DNA of 64,000 nt from contig CAKKNE010000001.1 in assembly GCA_918797485.1 (NCBI GenBank), forward strand, positions 4,402,001-4,466,000, written 5' to 3'. The notes below the pieces were generated by a model. It saw nothing but the letters and a program-made list of their open reading frames with translations. It did no database searches and was not told where the DNA came from. Of this stretch, positions 51,781-63,200 are shown one piece after another. This DNA comes from Pelagomonas calceolata (lineage: Eukaryota). Each line of letters begins with the position of its first letter. The stretch's first letter is position 1. A program made the position numbers and the translations under genes.

Positions 51781-52653
51781 ATGGACGCGGAGGCTGCCCC
51801 GTCGCCGCGAGCACCCATGGCGGCCCTGGAGAGCACGCTCAACGCCGAGGCCGAGGACGCCGTCGTCGTCAAGCCCGAGACGGCCCTGACAACGACGGAG
51901 GACGCCGCAGAAGACAATGACGCCGTCGGGCCCCTGGAAGCCTGGGGCGAGACGAAAGAACCTGAGAAGGAAGAAAAAAAGCTCCACCAGTGCGTCTTCG
52001 ACACGAATCGGAAGCTTGGGTTACATCTGAAGCGCGGCGACGACGGACGGGCCGTCGTGACGAAGGTCGACGAGGAGGGCCAGGCGGCGGCCGGTCGGCT
52101 CAAGGCGGGTTATATACTTGCGACCTTCGACGACGAACCATGTGACGAGTACGATCTCTTCCTAGAATGCTTCGCTGGTGCAAAGGAGCACCAGGCACTT
52201 ATTAGACTAGGCTTCGAGAAGGTCAAGAGTCAGAAGACCAACGAAGAGGAAGAATTGGTGGAAAATGAGTGCGAGGTCCAGGAGGCGATCGTCGAACGAG
52301 CCCCCCCGGAGAAGCGCGACATGCTCGCGCGGAAGATTAAAGATAGATTACGCATATTGGACGCCGAGGCCGACGGCGACGAAGCGGGAGACGCGGCCTT
52401 CGCGGCGTACATGGCGCGCGAGCGCCACGAGGCCGACGCAAAACTGAAATCGCTGCAGGAGGCCTGGCGCAAGGAGTCGAACGCGAAGGACCGGTCGACG
52501 AATAGGAGAGTGGCGGAGTTGAAAGCCGAGAATGATAGACTGAGGGGCTTGTATTCTTCCACTCAAGTGAAGGAGCTGCCGACGGACAAAGGTCTGGCCA
52601 AGGTCAAGGAAGCGCGGGCCGAGTTGGAGCGGCTCCGGGCGCTCCACGGCTAG
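51781..52653 (+). CDS. PDZ-like + coiled-coil hypothetical protein
   Basis: KLGLHLK..AVVTKV..GQAAAGRLKAGY.L, then a charged helical tail. Confidence 0.6.
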   Translation: MDAEAAPSPRAPMAALESTLNAEAEDAVVVKPETALTTTEDAAEDNDAVGPLEAWGETKEPEKEEKKLHQCVFDTNRKLGLHLKRGDDGRAVVTKVDEEGQAAAGRLKAGYILATFDDEPCDEYDLFLECFAGAKEHQALIRLGFEKVKSQKTNEEEELVENECEVQEAIVERAPPEKRDMLARKIKDRLRILDAEADGDEAGDAAFAAYMARERHEADAKLKSLQEAWRKESNAKDRSTNRRVAELKAENDRLRGLYSSTQVKELPTDKGLAKVKEARAELERLRALHG

Positions 52654-52713
52654 TTCTTCGCGGGTTTCACTTGATGCGTAATTCCAAGTCAAAAATTAGG
52701 TGGGGGGAGATAT

Positions 52714-54054
52714 CTACATCATGTCGTCGCCCTCCTCGTCCTCGTCGAACTCGCCCTCCTCCTCGGCCGTCGCGTCCTGGTACTGCTGGTACTCGGAGAC
52801 GAGGTCGTTCATGTTGGACTCGGCCTCGGTGAACTCCATCTCGTCCATGCCCTCGCCCGTGTACCAGTGGAGGAACGCCTTGCGGCGGAACATGGCCGTG
52901 AACTGCTCGGCGACGCGCTTCCACGTCTCCTGGACGGCCGTCGTGTTGCCGATGAACGTCGTCGCCATCTTGAGGCCCTTGGGCGGGATGTCGCAGATGG
53001 CCGACTTGACGTTGTTCGGGATCCACTCGACGAAGTACGACGAGTTCTTGTTGACGACGTTGAGCATCTGCTCGTCGACCTCCTTCGTGGACATGCGGCC
53101 GCGGAAGAGGCACGAGCACGTGAGGTAGCGGCCGTGGCGCGGGTCGGCGGCGCACATCATGTTCTTGGCGTCGAACTGCTGCTGCGTGAGCTCCGGCACC
53201 GTGAGCGCGCGGTACTGCTGCGAGCCGCGCGACGTGAGCGGCGCGAAGCCGACCATGAAGAAGTGGAGCCGGGGGAACGGGACCATGTTGACCGCGAGCT
53301 TGCGGAGGTCGCAGTTGAGCTGGCCCGGGAAGCGGAGCGAGCACGTCGTGCCGCAGACCGCCGCCGCGATGAGGTGGTTTAGGTCACCGTACGTCGGCGT
53401 CGTGAGCTTGAGCGTGCGGAAGCAGATGTCGTAGAGCGCCTCGTTGTCGAGCGTGAAGCACTGGTCCGAGTTCTCGACGAGCTGGTGCACCGAGAGCGTC
53501 GCGTTGTAGGGCTCGACGACCGTGTCCGACACCTTGGGCGACGGGATCACGGAGTACGTCGACATGACGCGGTCGGGGTACTCCTCGCGGATCTTGGAGA
53601 TGAGGAGCGTGCCCATGCCGGCGCCCGTGCCGCCGCCCATGGAGTGGACGAGCTGGAAGCCCTGGAGGCAGTCGCAGGACTCGGCCTCCTTGCGCACGAC
53701 GTCGAGGACGGAGTCGATGAGCTCCGCGCCTTCCGTGTAGTGGCCCTTGGCCCAGTTGTTGCCCGCGCCCGTCTGGCCGAAGACGAAGTTGTCCGGGCGG
53801 AAGAGCTGGCCGAAGGGGCCCGCGCGGACGGAGTCCATGGTGCCGGGCTCGAGGTCCATGAGGATGGCGCGCGGCACGTAGCGGCCGCCCGTCGCCTCGT
53901 TGTAGTAGACGTTGATGCGCTCGAGCTGGAGGTCCGAGTCGCCGTGGTACGTGCCCGTCGGGTCGACGCCGTGCTCGTCGGAGATGACCTCCCAGAACTT
54001 GGCGCCGATCTGGTTGCCGCACTGGCCGCCCTGGATGTGGACGATCTCGCGCAT
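52714..54054 (-). CDS. TUBB: Beta-tubulin
   Basis: [24 protein letters not shown], acidic tail; 446 aa. Confidence 0.98.
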   Translation of the reverse strand: MREIVHIQGGQCGNQIGAKFWEVISDEHGVDPTGTYHGDSDLQLERINVYYNEATGGRYVPRAILMDLEPGTMDSVRAGPFGQLFRPDNFVFGQTGAGNNWAKGHYTEGAELIDSVLDVVRKEAESCDCLQGFQLVHSMGGGTGAGMGTLLISKIREEYPDRVMSTYSVIPSPKVSDTVVEPYNATLSVHQLVENSDQCFTLDNEALYDICFRTLKLTTPTYGDLNHLIAAAVCGTTCSLRFPGQLNCDLRKLAVNMVPFPRLHFFMVGFAPLTSRGSQQYRALTVPELTQQQFDAKNMMCAADPRHGRYLTCSCLFRGRMSTKEVDEQMLNVVNKNSSYFVEWIPNNVKSAICDIPPKGLKMATTFIGNTTAVQETWKRVAEQFTAMFRRKAFLHWYTGEGMDEMEFTEAESNMNDLVSEYQQYQDATAEEEGEFDEDEEGDDMM

Positions 54055-54640
54055 GGTTGCTAGAGTAGTTGTTGTTGCTGAAACCTGCGGGAGAGGCGGC
54101 GTGATTCCCTGTGCTCGCGGGCGCTTCTAAATCCCTGGAAGCGAATTATTTGGTGGGCAGCCCGCCGCGGCGGCGCCGCGCAACGGCGCCGCGCCGCGCG
54201 CGAGCGGCGGTCGGCTCTGTGACGGCGCGCGCGCTGCGTTTGCGCAAAATAAAGGCGGGCGCAGGCGCAAACGCGATGCTAATATGCGTTTGGCAGTTTT
54301 CAAAAGGCACAGCTTCGTGCGGGCTGCCCGGGCAGCCCTTCGCTTCCGGCTTGTGTGTGCGAGGGGTCAGAGGCGTGACGGGCGGATACGTTGGTTGTGA
54401 GCTTCGAAAAACCCGCACGTACTCCTGAATCGAGCAATGTGGCCCGAAATCACGCTGATTCACAGGCGTGACTACCGCGCATCTGCTCGAAAAGAAGCTT
54501 CTGACCTTGTCGCACCACTGCGCCCCATCTATAACCTCAAAAGCGCTCAGCCGGCAGCCCAGGAGCAGCACCAAGTAAGGAGTGGCTGATAAAGCGCGCA
54601 GGAACGGAGCCGGGCGCCCAAAGCTAACACAAAACGAACC

Positions 54641-55942
54641 ATGCAGTCCCCCGCCGGCACCAACGCGCCCGAGGCCGACCTCGCGGAAGTCGAGATGCAC
54701 AAGGCGACCATCGACGCGGCCAACAACGCGAGCGACCCGCGCGCCGCGCAGCTTTCGATGGAGGCGAAGACCATCCAGGGCCAGCTCTACAAATTGAAAC
54801 CGTGGACCTACGCGCAGCTCGCATTACTCGGGCTCATCCTTTTGTTGTTCTTGACGTGGCACTGGCAGCTCGTGCTCGTCGTGCTGGCTCTACTCATTCC
54901 GACGCTAGGGAAGCTGCTCCTGTGGTGGCAGAAAAATCCAGAGAGATGTCCTCTAGATCACGTCCTGTCGAGCTACTGCCTCGGGCTGTTCGTGCTCGCG
55001 GTGCCGGCCATGGCGACGGCCCTGATCGCGTTCGTCCTCGCGTTCTGGATCTTGGTCATCATATTTTTCTCGTTGCCGCTACCCGAGGCGTTATCATTAC
55101 TCCTCGTCTTCCTGGGCTGCTGGGGCGTCTTCTGCTTGATCGAAGATTTGTGGCACGTATCAGCCCTCCGGAGGCAGAATAGAAGGAGGGCGCACCACCA
55201 CCGCGGCCCGACGGCTCAGCGAAAAGCGGGGGCAGCCTACGCCGCGGCTACCGCGGTAGGCTACGCGACGGCGCAGTGCGTCGCATTGACGTGCATCGTC
55301 ACGGCGTTCATGGACGGCCACTCGGCCTTCGAGCTCCACGACGAGCGACGCCACTCCAAGTACGGGACCATCACGCCGAACGAAGGATTCTTTTTGTTCG
55401 TGCTAGCGCTGATCTTCACGTGGTACTGGCTGCCCCTGCGGTTGATGTGCAGCCACCTGCTCGCGTTGGAAGTGGCGCGGAACGACGCCGCGGCGCAGCA
55501 GGCCGGCAACGCCCAACCGCCGGCGTGCTGCTCCTGCGACGATGTTTGTCCGGCGACGGCTGCGGGCCAGATGTGCGGCCACCGATGTTCTGGATTTTGG
55601 ACGGTCATCGCCTGGCCGCTCACGTTACGGACGCTGCACATGACGTCATTTCTATATATTACTATATGGCTGTTGGGCGTGAGCTTCTGGCTCTGGCTCG
55701 CCGTCGTGGTCGTGGCCGGCGCGCTACTCATGTACGGCGCGTGGCGGCGCGTCCTGTACGTCGAGGACACGATCGACCCGAACGCGCGCGAGGCGGCGGG
55801 GCTGCGGGAGCTCTATGGGTTTTCCCTGCTCGCGGGCGACGCCGAAGAGGCCGCCGTCGCGCCGCCCGCCGCGACCCTCGCGCCGCCCGTGGTGGCGGCG
55901 GAGCCCTATATTGCGGCGGAGCCGACGGTCGCCGTCGTCTAG
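54641..55942 (+). CDS. Multi-pass membrane protein (degenerate PrsW-like topology)
   Basis: Roughly 8-9 hydrophobic segments; LIED and AVGYATAQ loosely recall PrsW motifs. Confidence 0.6.
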   Translation: MQSPAGTNAPEADLAEVEMHKATIDAANNASDPRAAQLSMEAKTIQGQLYKLKPWTYAQLALLGLILLLFLTWHWQLVLVVLALLIPTLGKLLLWWQKNPERCPLDHVLSSYCLGLFVLAVPAMATALIAFVLAFWILVIIFFSLPLPEALSLLLVFLGCWGVFCLIEDLWHVSALRRQNRRRAHHHRGPTAQRKAGAAYAAATAVGYATAQCVALTCIVTAFMDGHSAFELHDERRHSKYGTITPNEGFFLFVLALIFTWYWLPLRLMCSHLLALEVARNDAAAQQAGNAQPPACCSCDDVCPATAAGQMCGHRCSGFWTVIAWPLTLRTLHMTSFLYITIWLLGVSFWLWLAVVVVAGALLMYGAWRRVLYVEDTIDPNAREAAGLRELYGFSLLAGDAEEAAVAPPAATLAPPVVAAEPYIAAEPTVAVV

Positions 55943-56031
55943 GCCCCTCCCAGACGCCATCGCCGCGAGGCGCTATTTTTTTCTCCCCCCAAAGTACGTA
56001 CTAATAATTCGCCAACAAACTCCTACGCACC

Positions 56032-56880
56032 CTAGTTGAAGTTCAGGATCCGGCCGAACTTCTCCCCGTCGAGCGACGCGCCGCCGACGAGGCACCCGTC
56101 GATGTCCGGCATGGACATGAGCTCGTCGACGGAGTCCGGCGTGACCGACCCGCCGTACTGGATGCGCACGGCGTCGGCCGTCGCCTGATCGTACATGGAC
56201 GCGAGCTTGGCCCTCAAAAACTTGTGGACCTTTTGCGCGGTTTCGGAGGGGCACACGAGGCCCGTGCCGATGGCCCAGACGGGCTCATACGCAATAATCA
56301 TGGTCTTGACGTCCGCCGCCGACACGCCCGCTAAATCCTTGGCGAGCTGGATCGCGCAGACGGACTCGCACAAGTTGGCGTCGAACTCTTCCTTCGTCTC
56401 GCCGATGCATAGGACGGGGATCATGCCCCCTTCAATGATCTTTAATACTTTCTTGTTGATCGCGGCATCATTATCTTTGAAGAGGGTTCTACGTTCCGAA
56501 TGGCCCGCGAGGACGTACTTGACGCCGAGAGACTTAACCATCGACGCGCTGACGGCACCGGTGTAGGCGCCCTTATCTTCAAAAAAGATGGACTGGCTTC
56601 CTAAGTTTAATTTGGTGTCCTTGATGATCTCTCCGACGGGGCCGATGAACGGGTACGGGGGAAAGACGATGCCCTCGGCGGCGCTCGAGCCGGCGGCGGC
56701 CGCGACGCTCTTCGCCAGCTCGCGCGCGTCGTCTAGGCTCGTGGGATTCATCTTCCAGTTGCCGCCCGTGATCGGCTGCCTGGCTGCCAGTGCCGTCGAC
56801 GGCCGGACGGGCGCCGCGGGTGCCACCAAGGCGCTCGCCGGCATCAGGGCCAGGGACGCGATAACTGCTGCAGTTTTCAT
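56032..56880 (-). CDS. TPI: Triosephosphate isomerase, plastid-targeted
   Basis: Signal peptide + ASAL; GGNWKMN, GHSERR, AYEPVWAIGTG, YGGSV, LVGGASL. Confidence 0.97.
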   Translation of the reverse strand: MKTAAVIASLALMPASALVAPAAPVRPSTALAARQPITGGNWKMNPTSLDDARELAKSVAAAAGSSAAEGIVFPPYPFIGPVGEIIKDTKLNLGSQSIFFEDKGAYTGAVSASMVKSLGVKYVLAGHSERRTLFKDNDAAINKKVLKIIEGGMIPVLCIGETKEEFDANLCESVCAIQLAKDLAGVSAADVKTMIIAYEPVWAIGTGLVCPSETAQKVHKFLRAKLASMYDQATADAVRIQYGGSVTPDSVDELMSMPDIDGCLVGGASLDGEKFGRILNFN

Positions 56881-57233
56881 TATGGCTGCTGGCGAAATAT
56901 GAAATATAGATCCGACAGCAACTGGTGTTGCAATAGGTGCAGCAGGCGTCGCGACAGCCTATGCCTCGTCGATGCCTGTGATGATGCAGCCTTTCGAGCA
57001 TTTTGTTTCAGGGCGCTCGCGCACCGGTATGGAGAGTAGGAGTCCCTCCTCGAGACGCGTGAGAGCCATCCTCGCGGTCGCGCGTGGCGCCCCGCCGGGA
57101 CCATGCCCTCTCCACAGGCGGCAGTGAAGTTACTCGCGGGCACTCAACAGCGACGGAACAGCAAGTCTGGCAATTCCGACATTTGTATATACCACTACAC
57201 GACCATCTCAAAATATACAGCAAGTAGAACATA

Positions 57234-60200
57234 ATGGGGCGTGGTGGCCAGAGGCCCCCGAGCCCTGCCACCCTGGCTGCTATAGTGCCGCCGCTGCGCG
57301 ACGACGAGCTACAGCACTACACGGTCTTAGAAGGAGCGGCCTATGACCTACGAAAGCTCGGCGACCGCCACCCCGGCGGCGCTTTGGCACTAACCTTCGC
57401 GGGCGGCCGGGACCTGAGTCGGACGTGGGCGGGCCTCCACGGCTTCGCGGACCCGCAGAAAACTAGAGCGTGGTTGACGCATATGAGGGTCAGAGACAAG
57501 GAGCTCGAGCGACGCATCGTGCGACGAGCAAAACCAGACGCGTACAGCGAGGGCGATAATGTATCAGCACATCTCGCGCGCATCGAGCGGGAAGCATCGA
57601 GCTTCAATGAATTATCGCAGAAAGGCCGCGTGCCTCCATCAGAACCTCCGTCCCATTTAATAGAGCGCGACTTGGGCGGCGAACTCGGGACGAGGGTGCG
57701 GTGGTTGTTCCGCAGGAAAGCTCATGCATCAAAAACATCATTGAATGCAGCCACGAAGGCGCCCACGGCGTACTGGCCCTGGTTAATTGTAGTAGTGACG
57801 GCCTTCCTCGCGTCCTATGTTTCATGGTGTCGAGGGAGCTACGTCGGGTTGATAGCACTCGGCCCGCTCGGCCAGTTACTAGCCTTCGCGGTGATGCACG
57901 ACGCGTCGCACTACGCCATCTCGACCAAGCGCTGGGTCAACGTCGCGCTGGCCTACGCGGGCGTCGCCTACACGTCGCCGCACGAGTGGACGCTGCAGCA
58001 CGTCCTCGGCCACCACGTCGCGCCGAACGTGGAAGGCGAGGACCCGGACGTCGTCCACGCGCGGCGCTACATGAAAGCATTAACTGGCGTCGGGAAAGCT
58101 TTTGATGCGCTGCTCGTGTGGCTCGTGGCTCTACCGGCAGCCATAACTTTACTGGCACCGGTACGCGTGCGCAAGAACGACGGCGTCTACCCCGCCTCGA
58201 CGGTGCACGAGGGCGAACGAAGTATGATAAGGCACGTGGCGCACTTCGCCGGACGGTTAATACATGCGCTGGCATTCTTCCTCTGGCCCTTCTACGTCTA
58301 CTCACCACTCACAGCGGTAACGTGGGTCTTGATTCCGGCCTGCTCTGGTTCTTTAGTTTTTATGGCCGTGACGCAGGTGGCGCATTTACTGGAGGCCACG
58401 ATCGAGGGGCCCTCGAATGCGCCTCGATCCTGGGCCTCGCAGCAAATTGCGAATGCGTGCGATTTCGCGCCGGACTCGCCGTTAGTTGCGAGATTGACGG
58501 GCGGCCTCAATAGACAAGTGGAGCACCACCTCTTTCCGACCGTGCACCACTCGCACCTACCGGAGCTATCATCTATAGTACAAGATGTCACAAAAAGAAG
58601 AGGCCTGGACCACCACGTCCTGCCGTCCGCCACAAAAGCTCTGGGGGACCACCTCGCGTTCTTGCGGAGCCTCGAGGAGGCGCCTCCATTACCTGTCGTG
58701 TACGACGGTACTGTGGTGCACGCGCGCGCGCCGATTGCCAACGAACCTAGACATCGCTTCTCCGCGTCGCATGCCATGTGGTTATTGCCCTTGGATGATC
58801 CCGAGGCCATGCGCACCCTTGAGAAAGGATGTATCCGGTGGCGCGCCGCGGACCATCTGAGGTCGAGGCCCGGGGAGAGGAAGACACCAAAAGACGTCGC
58901 GGACGCCGTCCGATCTCTCTGTCGGGAACGAGGAGGCTCTTTAAAAAGAGTGGACTCGCCCGATAGTGTGATCAAGCACTTTCAAGGTAGTAGACGTACG
59001 GGCCTCGGTTCGGTCTCACTATTGACGATGCCTCGGACCTTCGGCTACGTCTTCAACCCCATCTCCGTCTACTACGTGAGGGATGCGAATGACAAGCCGG
59101 CCTATGTTGTTTTTGAAGTGTCGAATACGCCTTGGCTGGAAGAAACGCTCTACGTACATCCCGTTAATACAAAAGATACATATGAAGATATGAAGAAGAT
59201 GCACGTGTCGCCCTTCCAGCCCATGGGCCAAATGTACAAGTGGACGGCGCCGTTTCCTTCTGAGAATGTGTCTCTAAGGGTCGACGTGTCGAGAAATGAT
59301 AAGCCGTATTTCGTGGCCACGTTCGACGGTGCCGCGTCGACGGCGCCTTCCACAACATTAGGGAGAGTGCGTACGGCTCTCAAACTGACCCCACATACCG
59401 CCGTCTTGTTAATCCACGCGCACGCCGCCCTCTTACTAGCAAAAGGTGCAAAATTCTACCCTCATCCAAGCGGCGTGAAGACGGCCATGTCGCGATGTAT
59501 CGAGGTGATCTATCATTCGCGGTATCGCTTGTTGGCCTACTACTTGTTGAGACGGTTGCATGCGCCTCAGTACCTCATCGCGACGGCGGCCGTCAGCGTC
59601 TTACAGCGCGCCGCGTCTGTATTGTCAAGGAAAAGTTCATCGAAGAACGTGTCATCAAAGGATACCAAAGATGTACCTTTCGAGATGGTCGAGTCCCCGA
59701 AAAATAACAGTACGCCGATGCTGGCTACTGAGGAGAATTTAGCCGGTAATGCTACTGGAAAGCGCGTCGCCATCATCGGTAGTGGCATTGCGGGCAACGG
59801 TGCTGCTTACTTACTAAAAAAGCGCGGCGTCGACGTCACGGTCTTCGAGGCCTCATCAATACCGGGCGGCCACGCGCTTACGGTCGAGGTCGAGGGCCGT
59901 GCTGTCGACGTGGGCTTCCAGGTCTTCAACCTCGCGAACTACCCGAGACTGTCAAAACTGTTCGATGAACTAGGCGTGCAGCACGTCCAGAGCGACATGA
60001 GCCTGTCGTGTGAGGGCACGCAGTGCTGGTCCTCGAAGAACCCGTTAGTTGGTTGTTTGTTGTCACCAAGCAAACTCTGGCAGCGGTTGTCTTTACTCAT
60101 GGAGATCCTCAAGTTCGAGAAAAAGTGCAAACAGCTCTTGCAGAGTGAAGAAGATCCGTCTTTGTCCATACAAGAATGGTTAAACGAAAATAACTTCTCG

Positions 60201-63200
60201 GAAAGGCTAGCTCGAGAATACTGCGAGCCCATGGTCGGGGCCATCTGGTCGCGTACGCAGGGCGATGTGTTAGATGAGTTTCCGATCTTGGGCGTGGCCC
60301 AGTTTCTGGCGAACCACTACATGCTCGACCGGTCGCGGCCGGCGTGGCGAACGCCGCGGTTAAGATCGCAGGACTACGTTACGAAGTTAGTCGAGAAGGT
60401 CGGGCGGGACGCGTATCGACTATCATCGAGGGTGCGCGCTGTACATAAGGATCGCTCCAATAAGTGGTTAATAGAGTCCGATTCACCGACGGCCCTGGCC
60501 TTCGACGCTGTTATACTCGCGTGCGACGCGCCGACGGCTTCTACCATACTAGGGGACCAGGCGCCGGACCTACTCAAGCAGCTCAAGGTAACGCAAAATG
60601 ATGTCTGTGTCCACCGCGACGCGTCGCTCATGCCTTCTGACAGAAACGCGTGGGCGGCCTGGAACTGCCGGCCGAACGGCGTGTTGACCTACTGGGCGAA
60701 TGTGCTACAGCCCGGTGTCGATGATCAGGACCTGTTTATTACCTTGAATGGATCTACGCCAGCCCCCTTATGGCGGCGGACGTTACAACATCCCGTGCTC
60801 GATGCGGCGTCGCAGAAATGGAGGGAGTCATTACCATCACTCCAGGGGAACGAGGGTATTTATTTTGCCGGCGCCTGGTGCGGCTTCGGCTTCCACGAGG
60901 ACGGCCTCAAATCGGCCTACGATGCTGTGGATGCTTTGTGTGGTACGACGACCCCTATCGCTCGATCACCATTTGTAGCCAGTTCATCCTTGACGAAGAC
61001 GGCTTTAAGATGTGTCTGTCGCGGCGCTCGAGCGCTAGCAGCAAGGACTGCTGATAAAACGAGACCGCGGCCGGAGATCGTCCTGACTTTACCGGAAGGT
61101 CTCGACTTAATAGCGGCCGACGCCGTCTCTAGTAAAGAGAGAGTTGAGGTAAGAATCCTAGACGGACGAGCGGCCTGGCGGTTATTAGCTGATCCGTCGA
61201 TGGGGCTGGCCGAGGGGTACATGGAGGGGAGCCTCGACCTGAAGCCGTCTATTCGAGCTGTGTTACATGCCGCCCTGAAATGTAAAAATAAGGATGCGGG
61301 CGATAGTCCCCAGAACGTGGCGTCGCGATCACTCCTCACAGTCGGCAAGCGGTTCACCGACGTCATCCAACACGCGTTCAACGCCAATACTAAGTCAGGT
61401 AGCTTGAAGAACATCGCGGCGCACTATGATTTGTCCAATGCCTTTTATGAGCTGTGGTTGGATGAAACCCTCACCTACTCCTCAGCTTTGTATGATGACC
61501 ACGAGCCCTACTTACGAAGGGAAGGTTTACTGGTAGATGACGGTCGGAGAGGTACTGTGGACGAAGACGCATCAGACGACGTGTTAGCGGCAGCGCAACG
61601 TAGGAAACTAGATTCATTACTGGACAAGGCCGGCGTGCGCGATGGTGATAGAATACTAGAGATCGGGTGCGGCTGGGGTAGTCTAGCGTTGCGGTGTACG
61701 GAACGCTTCCCGAACTGTGAGTACGTGGCCATCACTATTTCCCGGGAACAGTTGAACGAAGCCTCGCAACGGTTGGAAGGTAAGAGCAATGCCAGGGTCG
61801 TCTTCTGCGACTATCGCGACGCGCGAGACAAGCTGGGCTTGTTCGATCGCGTGCTGTCCTGTGAGATGATCGAGGCCGTCGGCCACGCCTTTTTACCGTC
61901 CTATTTCTCGGCGATCCACGCCTGTCTGAAGGGCGGTGGGTCGGCCTCCCTACAGATCATCACGGTGCCCGACGAACGGTACGCTTCATATATCAAGGGT
62001 AGCGATTTCATCCGGAAGCACGTCTTTCCTGGTTCTTCATTGGTATGTCTGGAAGCCGTAAAAAAAGCCCTGCCGAAGCTAGGCTCTTTAGCTTTAAGGT
62101 TGGACGACGCGGCTACTTTAAGCATGGGCGTATCTTATGCTCGTACCTTACGGGCGTGGCGCGTCCGTTTCGACGCTGTCGAAGACCAGGTATCTAAGCT
62201 CGGTTTTGATGACGTCTTCGTCAGGAAGTGGAGGTATTATCTGGACTACTGCGAGGCGGGCTTCGCGTGTGGTCATATCGACGTGAAGCAGATACGACTC
62301 GAGAAGACGGACGAAAGCCTTGCGAGAGAAGCGACGGAGGGCGCCCATGGTTCGAAACCCATCTCGGTGAAGGATATGACTATCAAGGCCGTGAAGGGCG
62401 TGGCCACTACGGCCTTTGAGCGAGGCTTACTGCCGGATTTCGTGACGCGGTATGGGATAAGACAGCTCTCGGCGCAGCAACTGAGGCACTGCGACGACGC
62501 CGGTCGCGCAGCCAACAACGGCGAGGCGGGCTTGGCTGGTAGTCAAGAGAAGCTCCGGGAGACCATCCAGGCTTTGTTGGAAGCGCCGGTAGCAGTATGT
62601 ACGTCCGAGGCGAACGAGCAGCACTACGAAGTCGACGCGCGCTTCTACGGGCTGTGTCTGGGGCCCCATAGGAAGTACTCTGCTTGTTTATATGAAGGGG
62701 CGGAGCCGAAGTGGCCCGGGAACAAACTGCAAAAAGACGCGGCTCGGTTACTGCCAAAGGCGGAAAAGGATTCATTAGATCAAGTCGCGGCTCGCGGCGA
62801 CATCACGCAGGCCACGAAAGCTATCTTAGATTGCGGCTGCGGCTGGGGGTCGGCCTCGCTGTACTTGGCGGATAGATTCCGGAACGCCCAGGTGGTAGGT
62901 GTCTCGAATTCTCATTCCCAGAGAAGGTACATCATGGGCCAGGCTCAAGAACGAGGATTGACGAACCTGCAGATTGTGACACTGGATTTGTCGAAGGAGC
63001 CTCTCACAAAAGCCTTGGACGCGTTGCAGAGTCGACTGCCGGGCCAGTATTTCGAGCGCGGCGTCTCGATAGAGATGTTCGAGCACATGAAGAATTATAA
63101 GGCATTATTTGAGAAGATCACGGCGGTACTACAGGACCAGGGCCGCTTCTTCGTGCACGTGTTCTGCCACCGGCAGTACGCGTACCACTTCGTGGCCAAG